Origin: Auanema rhodensis
Lineage: Eukaryota > Animalia > Nematoda
DNA: 64,000 bases
Direction: 5' to 3'
Assembly (NCBI GenBank): GCA_964057225.1
Contig: OZ059899.1
Coordinates: forward strand, 17,856,001-17,920,000
The position numbers and the translations under genes were made by a program. The notes below the pieces were generated by a model. The model was not told the origin of the DNA. It saw only the letters and a program-made list of their open reading frames with translations, and made no database searches. Of this stretch, positions 14,301 to 25,600 are shown piece after piece (within the stretch, counting starts at the first letter, position 1; each line of letters begins with the position of its first letter).

Positions 14301-17300
14301 ATTGAAAAACGCTTAATACAAAAATTAGTTATGATCGTTTGAAAAAAGATGCATTAGTGTATGTTGAGTTTCCATGTACACTCAACATTGCTTCCAAAAA
14401 CATTTTGACAAAAATTTTTCCAAAAAATTTCAAAATAATTTCGCAAAAAGTAAATGTTTTTAGATTTCTTTTTTCAAGGCAAAGACGATGGACAATGTTA
14501 TTCAACGAAAAAATTAATTCTGCAGGGTGAAAATCGAGGATATAAGTGTGAACTTATATCAGTTGATATCTCGGTGCATTTTTAAGCTAGCGCAAATCTG
14601 ATAACACAGATCGACGCAGCTTAAAAATCCGCATCGAATGCACTATACTACATTAAAAAACGCTTAATACAAAAATTAGTTATGATCGTTTGAAAAAAGA
14701 TGCATTAGTGTATGTTGAGTTTCCATGTACACTCAACATTGCTTCCAAAAACATTTTGACAAAAATTTTTCCGAAAAATTTCGAAATAATTTCGCAAAAA
14801 GTAGATGTTTTTAGATTCCTTTTTTCGAGGCAAAGACGATGGACAATGTAATTCAACGAAAAAATTAATTCTGCAGGGTGAAAATCGAGGATATAAGTGT
14901 GAACTTATATCAGTTGATATCTCGGTGCATTTTTAAGCTAGCTCAAATCTGATAACACAGATCGACGCAGCTTAAAAATCCGCATCGAATGCATTATACT
15001 ACATTGAAAAACGCTTAATACAAAAATTAGTTATGATCGTTTGAAAAAAGATGCATTAGTGTATGTTGAGTTTCCATGTACACTCAACATTGCTTCCAAA
15101 AACATTTTGACAAAAATTTTTCCAAAAAATTTCAAAATAATTTCGCAAAAAGTAAATGTTTTTAGATTCCTTTTTTCAAGGCAAAGACGATGGACAATGT
15201 TATTCAACGAAAAAATTAATTCTGCAGGGTGAAAATCGAGGATATAAGTGTGAACTTATATCAGTTGATATCTCGGTGCATTTTTAAGCTAGCGCAAATC
15301 TGATAACACAGATCGACGCAGCTTAAAAATCCGCATCGAATGCACTATACTACATTGAAAAACGCTTAATACAAAAATTAGTTATGATCGTTTGAAAAAA
15401 GATGCATTAGTGTATGTTGAGTTTCCATGTACACTCAACATTGCTTCCAAAAACATTTTGACAAAAATTTTTCCAAAAAATTTCAAAATAATTTCGCAAA
15501 AAGTAAATGTTTTTAGATTCCTTTTTTCAAGGCAAAGACGATGGACAATGTTATTCAACGAGAAAATTAATTCTGCAGGGTGAAAATCGAGGATATAAGT
15601 GTGAACTTATATCAGTTGATATCTCGGTGCATTTTTAAGCTAGCGCAAATCTGATAACACAGATCGACGCAGCTTAAAAATCCGCATCGAATGCACTATA
15701 CTACATTGAAAAACGCTTGATACAAAAATTAGTTATGATCGTTTGAAAAAAGATGCATTAGTGTATGTTGAGTTTCCATGTACACTCAACATTGCTTCCA
15801 AAAACATTTTGACAAAAATTTTTCCGAAAAATTTCTAAATAATTTCGCAAAAAGTAGATGTTTTTAGATTCCTTTTTTCAAGGCAAAGACGATGGACAAT
15901 GTTATTCAACGAAAAAATTAATTCTGCAGGGTGAAAATCGAGGATATAAGTGTGAACTTATATCAGTTGATATCTCGGTGCATTTTTAAGCTAGCTCAAA
16001 TCTGATAACACAGATCGACGCAGCTTAGAAATCCGCATCGAATGCACTATACAACATTGAGAAACGCTTAATACAAAAATTAGTTATGATCGTTTGAAAA
16101 AAGATGCATTAGTGTATGTTGAGTTTCCATGTACACTCAACATTGCTTCCAAAAACATTTTGACAAAAATTTTTCCGAAAAATTTCAAAATAATTTCGCA
16201 AAAAGTAGATGTTTTTAGATTCCTTTTTTCAAGGCAAAGACGATGGACAATGTTATTCAACGAAAAAATTAATTCTGCAGGGTGAAAATCGAGGATATAA
16301 GTGTGAACTTATATCAGTTGATATCTCGGTGCATTTTTAAGCTAGCGCAAATCTGATAACACAGATCGACGCAGCTTAAAAATCCGCATCGAATGCACTA
16401 TACTACATTGAAAAACGCTTAATACAAAAATTAGTTATGATCGTTTGAAAAAAGATGCATTAGTGTATGTTGAGTTTCCATGTACACTCAACATTGCTTC
16501 CAAAAACATTTTGACAAAAATTTTTCCGAAAAATTTCTAAATAATTTCGCAAAAAGTAGATGTTTTTAGATTCCTTTTTTCAAGGCAAAGACGATGGACA
16601 ATGTTATTCAACGAAAAAATTAATTCTGCAGGGTGAAAATCGAGGATATAAGTGTGAACTTATATCAGTTGATATCTCGGTGCATTTTTAAGCTAGCTCA
16701 AATCTGATAACACAGATCGACGCAGCTTAGAAATCCGCATCGAATGCACTATACAACATTGAGAAACGCTTAATACAAAAATTAGTTATGATCGTTTGAA
16801 AAAAGATGCATTAGTGTATGTTGAGTTTCCATGTACACTCAACATTGCTTCCAAAAACATTTTGACAAAAATTTTTCCGAAAAATTTCAAAATAATTTCG
16901 CAAAAAGTAGATGTTTTTAGATTCCTTTTTTCAAGGCAAAGACGATGGACAATGTTATTCAACGAAAAAATTAATTCTGCAGGGTGAAAATCGAGGATAT
17001 AAATGTGAACTTATATCAGTTGATATCTCGGTGCATTTTTAAGCTAGCGCAAATCTGATAACACAGATCGACGCAGCTTAACAATCCGCATCGAATGCAC
17101 TATACTACATTGAAAAACGCTTAATACAAAAATTAGTTATGATCGTTTGAAAAAAGATGCATTAGTGTATGTTGAGTTTCCATGTACACTCAACATTGCT
17201 TCCAAAAACATTTTGACAAAAATTTTTCCGAAAAATTTCTAAATAATTTCGCAAAAAGTAGATGTTTTTAGATTCCTTTTTTCAAGGCAAAGACGATGGA

Positions 17301-17500
17301 CAATGTTATTCAACGAAAAAATTAATTCTGCAGGGTGAAAATCGAGGATATAAGTGTGAACTTATATCAGTTGATATCTCGGTGCATTTTTAAGCTAGCT
17401 CAAATCTGATAACACAGATCGACGCAGCTTAGAAATCCGCATCGAATGCACTATACAACATTGAGAAACGCTTAATACAAAAATTAGTTATGATCGTTTG
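11340..17500. repeat. HOR domain of the 351-bp satellite (702-bp dimers, 1053-bp trimer, 4212-bp offset duplication)
   Basis: Linked alleles TTTCTAAAT, GCTAGCTC and GCTTAG mark units at 11531, 12233, 13286, 15743, 16445 and 17147. Private SNP pairs 11350/15562, 11507/15719 and 12791/17003 are 4212 bp apart; 12791/13844 and 13193/14246 are 1053 bp apart. Confidence 0.88.
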
Positions 17501-17870
17501 AAAAAAGATGCATTAGTGTATGTTGAGTTTCCATGTTCACTCAACATTGCTTCCAAAAACATTTTGACAAAAATTTTTCCAAAAAATTTCAAAATAATTT
17601 TGCAAAAAGTAAATGTTTTTAGATTCCTTTTTTCAAGGCAAAGACGATGGACAATGTTATTCAACGAAAAAATTAATTCTGCAGGGTGAAAATAGAGGAT
17701 ATAAGTGTGAACTTATATCAGTTGATATCTCGGTGCATTTTTAAGCTAGCGCAAATCTGATAACACAGATCAACGCAGCTTAAAAATCCGCATCGAATGC
17801 ACTATACTACATTGAAAAACGCTTAATACAAAAATTAGTTATGATCGTTTGAAAAAAGATGCATTAGTGT

Positions 17871-17900
17871 ATGTTGAGTTTCCATGTAACTCGCTTCACG
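17871..17900. other. Direct junction between the 351-bp and 176-bp satellites; ATGTA microhomology at 17884-17888
   Basis: 351 unit reads GAGTTTCC-ATGTA-CACTCAAC. 176 unit reads CTYGGT-ATGTA-ACTCGC. Junction reads GAGTTTCC-ATGTA-ACTCGC. Confidence 0.95.
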
Positions 17901-20900
17901 TGAAAGATAAAGAGATGCGGTTTTCAAAATTAGATTCCCCATGTACATATTAGTCTAAAAACAAATTTTTATTGATATTGGTGCATGGTAACCATGATTT
18001 TGAAATTTACGTGAACTTTAATTTATGCTAATTAAACGTACACGTGATGTGCACTTGGTATGTAACTCGCTTCACGTGAAAGATAAAGAGATGCGGTTTT
18101 TAAAATTAGATTCCCCATGTCAATATTAGTCTAAAAACAATTTTTTACTGATATTGGTGCATGGTAACCATGATTTTGAAATTTACGTGAACTTTAATTT
18201 ATGCTAATTAAACGTACACGTGGTGTGCACTCGGTATGTAACTCGCTTCACGTGAAAGATAAAGAGATGCGGTTTTCAAAATTAGATTCCCCATGTCCAT
18301 ATTAGTCTAAAAACAAATTTTTATTGATATTGGTGCATGGTAACCATGATTTTGAAATTTACGTGAACTTTAATTTATGCTAATTAAACGTACACGTGAT
18401 GTGCACTTGGTATGTAACTCGCTTCACGTGAAAGATAAAGAGATGCGGTTTTTGAAATTAGATTCCCCATGTCCATATTAGTCTAAAAACAATTTTTTAC
18501 TGATATTGGTGCATGGTAACCATGATTTTGAAATTTACGTGAACTTTAATTTATGCTAATTAAACGTACACGTGGTGTGCACTCGGTATGTAACTCGCTT
18601 CACGTGAAAGATAAAGAGATGCGGTTTTCAAAATTAGATTCCCCATGTCCATATTAGTCTAAAAACAAATTTTTATTGATATTGGTGCATGGTAACCATG
18701 ACTTTGAAATTTACGTGAACTTTAATTTATGCTAATTAAACGTACACGTGGTGTGCACTCGGTATGTAACTCGCTTCACGTGAAAGATAAAGAGATGCGG
18801 TTTTTAAAATTAGATTCCTCATGTCCATATTAGTCTAAAAACAATTTTTTACTGATATTGGTGCATGGTAACCATGACTTTGAAATTTACGTGAACTTTA
18901 ATTTATGCTAATTAAACGTACACGTGGTGTGCACTCGGTATGTAACTCGCTTCACGTGAAAGATAAAGAGATGCGGTTTTCAAAATTAGATTCCCCATGT
19001 CCATATTAGTCTAAAAACAAATTTTTATTGATATTGGTGCATGGTAACCATGATTTTGAAATTTACGTGAACTTTAATTTATGCTAATTAAACGTACACG
19101 TGATGTGCACTTGGTATGTAACTCGCTTCACGTGAAAGATAAAGAGATGCGGTTTTTGAAATTAGATTCCCCATGTCCATATTAGTCTAAAAACAATTTT
19201 TTACTGATATTGGTGCATGGTAACCATGATTTTGAAATTTACGTGAACTTTAATTTATGCTAATTAAACGTACACGTGGTGTGCACTCGGTATGTAACTC
19301 GCTTCACGTGAAAGATAAAGAGATGCGGTTTTCAAAATTAGATTCCCCATGTCCATATTAGTCTAAAAACAAATTTTTATTGATATTGGTGCATGGTAAC
19401 CATGACTTTGAAATTTACGTGAACTTTAATTTATGCTAATTAAACGTACACGTGGTGTGCACTCGGTATGTAACTCGCTTCACGTGAAAGATAAAGAGAT
19501 GCGGTTTTTAAAATTAGATTCCTCATGTCCATATTAGTCTAAAAACAATTTTTTACTGATATTGGTGCATGGTAACCATGACTTTGAAATTTACGTGAAC
19601 TTTAATTTATGCTAATTAAACGTACACGTGGTGTGCACTCGGTATGTAACTCGCTTCACGTGTAAGATAAAGAGATGCGGTTTTCAAAATTAGATTCCCC
19701 ATGTCCATATTAGTCTAAAAACAAATTTTTATTGATATTGGTGCATGGTAACCATGATTTTGAAATTTACGTGAACTTTAATTTATGCTAATTAAACGTA
19801 CACGTGATGTGCACTTGGTATGTAACTCGCTTCACGTGAAAGATAAAGAGATGCGGTTTTTAAAATTAGATTCCCCATGTCAATATTAGTCTAAAAACAA
19901 TTTTTTACTGATATTGGTGCATGGTAACCATGATTTTGAAATTTACGTGAACTTTAATTTATGCTAATTAAACGTACACGTGGTGTGCACTCGGTATGTA
20001 ACTCGCTTCACGTGAAAGATAAAGAGATGCGGTTTTCAAAATTAGATTCCCCATGTCCATATTAGTCTAAAAACAAATTTTTATTGATATTGGTGCATGG
20101 TAACCATGATTTTGAAATTTACGTGAACTTTAATTTATGCTAATTAAACGTACACGTGATGTGCACTTGGTATGTAACTCGCTTCACGTGAAAGATAAAG
20201 AGATGCGGTTTTTGAAATTAGATTCCCCATGTCCATATTAGTCTAAAAACAATTTTTTACTGATATTGGTGCATGGTAACCATGATTTTGAAATTTACGT
20301 GAACTTTAATTTATGCTAATTAAACGTACACGTGGTGTGCACTCGGTATGTAACTCGCTTCACGTGAAAGATAAAGAGATGCGGTTTTCAAAATTAGATT
20401 CCCCATGTCCATATTAGTCTAAAAACAAATTTTTATTGATATTGGTGCATGGTAACCATGACTTTGAAATTTACGTGAACTTTAATTTATGCTAATTAAA
20501 CGTACACGTGGTGTGCACTCGGTATGTAACTCGCTTCACGTGAAAGATAAAGAGATGCGGTTTTTAAAATTAGATTCCTCATGTCCATATTAGTCTAAAA
20601 ACAATTTTTTACTGATATTGGTGCATGGTAACCATGACTTTGAAATTTACGTGAACTTTAATTTATGCTAATTAAACGTACACGTGGTGTGCACTCGGTA
20701 TGTAACTCGCTTCACGTGAAAGATAAAGAGATGCGGTTTTCAAAATTAGATTCCCCATGTCCATATTAGTCTAAAAACAAATTTTTATTGATATTGGTGC
20801 ATGGTAACCATGACTTTGAAATTTACGTGAACTTTAATTTATGCTAATTAAACGTACACGTGGTGTGCACTCGGTATGTAACTCGCTTCACGTGAAAGAT

Positions 20901-22634
20901 AAAGAGATGCGGTTTTTAAAATTAGATTCCTCATGTCCATATTAGTCTAAAAACAATTTTTTACTGATATTGGTGCATGGTAACCATGACTTTGAAATTT
21001 ACGTGAACTTTAATTTATGCTAATTAAACGTACACGTGGTGTGCACTCGGTATGTAACTCGCTTCACGTGTAAGATAAAGAGATGCGGTTTTCAAAATTA
21101 GATTCCCCATGTCCATATTAGTCTAAAAACAAATTTTTATTGATATTGGTGCATGGTAACCATGATTTTGAAATTTACGTGAACTTTAATTTATGCTAAT
21201 TAAACGTACACGTGATGTGCACTTGGTATGTAACTCGCTTCACGTGAAAGATAAAGAGATGCGGTTTTTAAAATTAGATTCCCCATGTCAATATTAGTCT
21301 AAAAACAATTTTTTACTGATATTGGTGCATGGTAACCATGATTTTGAAATTTACGTGAACTTTAATTTATGCTAATTAAACGTACACGTGGTGTGCACTC
21401 GGTATGTAACTCGCTTCACGTGAAAGATAAAGAGATGCGGTTTTCAAAATTAGATTCCCCATGTCCATATTAGTCTAAAAACAAATTTTTATTGATATTG
21501 GTGCATGGTAACCATGATTTTGAAATTTACGTGAACTTTAATTTATGCTAATTAAACGTACACGTGATGTGCACTTGGTATGTAACTCGCTTCACGTGAA
21601 AGATAAAGAGATGCGGTTTTTGAAATTAGATTCCCCATGTCCATATTAGTCTAAAAACAATTTTTTACTGATATTGGTGCATGGTAACCATGATTTTGAA
21701 ATTTACGTGAACTTTAATTTATGCTAATTAAACGTACACGTGGTGTGCACTCGGTATGTAACTCGCTTCACGTGAAAGATAAAGAGATGCGGTTTTCAAA
21801 ATTAGATTCCCCATGTCCATATTAGTCTAAAAACAAATTTTTATTGATATTGGTGCATGGTAACCATGACTTTGAAATTTACGTGAACTTTAATTTATGC
21901 TAATTAAACGTACACGTGGTGTGCACTCGGTATGTAACTCGCTTCACGTGAAAGATAAAGAGATGCGGTTTTTAAAATTAGATTCCTCATGTCCATATTA
22001 GTCTAAAAACAATTTTTTACTGATATTGGTGCATGGTAACCATGACTTTGAAATTTACGTGAACTTTAATTTATGCTAATTAAACGTACACGTGGTGTGC
22101 ACTCGGTATGTAACTCGCTTCACGTGTAAGATAAAGAGATGCGGTTTTCAAAATTAGATTCCCCATGTCCATATTAGTCTAAAAACAAATTTTTATTGAT
22201 ATTGGTGCATGGTAACCATGATTTTGAAATTTACGTGAACTTTAATTTATGCTCATTAAACGTACACGTGATGTGCACTTGGTATGTAACTCGCTTCACG
22301 TGAAAGATAAAGAGATGCGGTTTTTGAAATTAGATTCCCCATGTCCATATTAGTCTAAAAACAATTTTTTACTGATATTGGTGCATGGTAACCATGATTT
22401 TGAAATTTACGTGAACTTTAATTTATGCTAATTAAACGTACACGTGGTGTGCACTCGGTATGTAACTCGCTTCACGTGAAAGATAAAGAGATGCGGTTCT
22501 CAAAATTAGATTCCCCATGTCCATATTAGTCTAAAAACAAATTTTTATTGATATTGGTGCATGGTAACCATGACTTTGAAATTTACGTGAACTTTAATTT
22601 ATGCTACATAAATGTACACGTGATGTGCACTTGG
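17884..22634. repeat. 352-bp A/B dimeric HOR domain of the 176-bp satellite
   Basis: 27 consecutive monomers alternate between A (GGTTTTCAAA...CAAATTTTTATTG) and B (GGTTTTTRAA...CAATTTTTTACTG). Confidence 0.87.
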
Positions 22635-25600
22635 TATGTAACTCGCTTCACGTGAAAGATAAAGAGATGCGGTTTTCAAAATTAGATTCCCCATGTCCAT
22701 ATTAGTCTAAAAACAAATTTTTATTGATATTGGTGCATGGTAACCATGACTTTGAAATTTACGTGAACTTTAATTTATGCTAATTAAACGTACACGTGGT
22801 GTGCACTCTGTATGTAACTCGCTTCACGTGAAAGATAAAGAGATGCGGTTTTCAAAATTAGATTCCCCATGTCCATATTAGTCTAAAAACAAATTTTTTT
22901 TGATATTGGTGCATGGTAACCATGATTTTGAAATTTACGTGAACTTTAATTTATGCTAATTAAACGTACACGTGATGTGCACTTGGTATGTAACTCGCTT
23001 CACGTGAAAGATAAAGAGATGCGGTTTTTGAAATTAGATTCCCCATGTCCATATTAGTCTAAAAACAATTTTTTACTGATATTGGTGCATGGTAACCATG
23101 ATTTTGAAATTTACGTGAACTTTAATTTATGCTAATTAAACGTACACGTGGTGTGCACTCGGTATGTAACTCGCTTCACGTGAAAGATAAAGAGATGCGG
23201 TTTTCAAAATTAGATTCCCCATGTCCATATTAGTCTAAAAACAAATTTTTTTTGATATTGGTGCATGGTAACCATGATTTTGAAATTTACGTGAACTTTA
23301 ATTTATGCTAATTAAACGTACACGTGGTGTGCACTCGGTATGTAACTCGCTTCACGTGAAAGATAAAGAGATGCGGTTCTCAAAATTAGATTCCCCATGT
23401 CCATATTAGTCTAAAAACAAATTTTTATTGATATTGGTGCATGGTAACCATGACTTTGAAATTTACGTGAACTTTAATTTATGCTACATAAATGTACACG
23501 TGATGTGCACTTGGTATGTAACTCGCTTCACGTGAAAGATAAAGAGATGCGGTTTTCAAAATTAGATTCCCCATGTCCATATTAGTCTAAAAACAAATTT
23601 TTATTGATATTGGTGCATGGTAACCATGACTTTGAAATTTACGTGAACTTTAATTTATGCTAATTAAACGTACACGTGGTGTGCACTCGGTATGTAACTC
23701 GCTTCACGTGAAAGATAAAGAGATGCGGTTTTCAAAATTAGATTCCCCATGTCCATATTAGTCTAAAAACAAATTTTTTTTGATATTGGTGCATGGTAAC
23801 CATGATTTTGAAATTTACGTGAACTTTAATTTATGCTAATTAAATGTACACGTGGTGTGCACTCGGTATGTAACTCGCTTCACGTGAAAGATAAAGAGAT
23901 GCGGTTTTCAAAATTAGATTCCCCATGTCCATATTAGTCTAAAAACAAATTTTTATTGATATTGGTGCATGGTAACCATGACTTTGAATTTTACGTGAAC
24001 TTTAATTTATGCTAATTAAACGTACACGTGATGTGCACTTGGTATGTAACTCGCTTCACGTGAAAGATAAAGAGATGCGGTTTTTAAAATTAGATTCCCC
24101 ATGTCCATATTAGTCTAAAAACAATTTTTTACTGATATTGGTGCATGGTAACCATGATTTTGAAATTTACGTGAACTTTAATTTATGCTAATTAAACGTA
24201 CACGTGATGTGCACTTGGTATGTAACTCGCTTCACGTGAAAGATAAAGAGATGCGGTTTTTGAAATTAGATTCCCCATGTCCATATTAGTCTAAAAACAA
24301 TTTTTTACTGATATTGGTGCATGGTAACCATGATTTTGAAATTTACGTGAACTTTAATTTATGCTAATTAAACGTACACGTGGTGTGCACTCGGTATGTA
24401 ACTCGCTTCACGTGAAAGATAAAGAGATGCGGTTTTCAAAATTAGATTCCCCATGTCCATATTAGTCTAAAAACAAATTTTTTTTGATATTGGTGCATGG
24501 TAACCATGATTTTGAAATTTACGTGAACTTTAATTTATGCTAATTAAACGTACACGTGGTGTGCACTCGGTATGTAACTCGCTTCACGTGAAAGATAAAG
24601 AGATGCGGTTCTCAAAATTAGATTCCCCATGTCCATATTAGTCTAAAAACAAATTTTTATTGATATTGGTGCATGGTAACCATGACTTTGAAATTTACGT
24701 GAACTTTAATTTATGCTACATAAATGTACACGTGATGTGCACTTGGTATGTAACTCGCTTCACGTGAAAGATAAAGAGATGCGGTTTTCAAAATTAGATT
24801 CCCCATGTCCATATTAGTCTAAAAACAAATTTTTATTGATATTGGTGCATGGTAACCATGACTTTGAAATTTACGTGAACTTTAATTTATGCTAATTAAA
24901 CGTACACGTGGTGTGCACTCGGTATGTAACTCGCTTCACGTGAAAGATAAAGAGATGCGGTTTTCAAAATTAGATTCCCCATGTCCATATTAGTCTAAAA
25001 ACAAATTTTTTTTGATATTGGTGCATGGTAACCATGATTTTGAAATTTACGTGAACTTTAATTTATGCTAATTAAATGTACACGTGGTGTGCACTCGGTA
25101 TGTAACTCGCTTCACGTGAAAGATAAAGAGATGCGGTTTTCAAAATTAGATTCCCCATGTCCATATTAGTCTAAAAACAAATTTTTATTGATATTGGTGC
25201 ATGGTAACCATGATTTTGAAATTTACGTGAACTTTAATTTATGCTAATTAAATGTACACGTGGTGTGCACTCGGTATGTAACTCGCTTCACGTGAAAGAT
25301 AAAGAGATGCGGTTTTCAAAATTAGATTCCCCATGTCCATATTAGTCTAAAAACAATTTTTTACTGATATTGGTGCATGGTAACCATGATTTTGAAATTT
25401 ACGTGAACTTTAATTTATGCTAAATAAACGTACACGTGGTGTGCACTCGGTATGTAACTCGCTTCACGTGTAAGATAAAGAGATGCGGTTTTCAAAATTA
25501 GATTCCCCATGTCCATATTAGTCTAAAAACAAATTTTTATTGATATTGGTGCATGGTAACCATGATTTTGAAATTTACGTGAACTTTAATTTATGCTAAT

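Larger units (their letters stand above)
1..17888. repeat. 351-bp tandem satellite array (~51 monomers; runs to the left window edge)
   Basis: Exact 351-bp period: TTCCAAAAAC at 1, 352, 703...; ORF track starts follow 299+351n up to 17498, so there are no net indels. Monomers differ by a few substitutions only. ~32% GC by hand count of one monomer. Confidence 0.99.

Noticed and set aside
299-17689. Repeated 63-aa ORF (MKKDALVYVEFP...)
   Set aside because: It starts at TTG, is short, and its K/F/I/N bias reflects A/T tracts. It has no recognisable domain, and stop-codon alleles (e.g. TTCTAA) are freely amplified. It is a by-product of the satellite.
17871-17900. Transposon insertion at the junction
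   Set aside because: No terminal inverted repeats, LTR, target-site duplication or intervening sequence. The far end of the array is outside the window.
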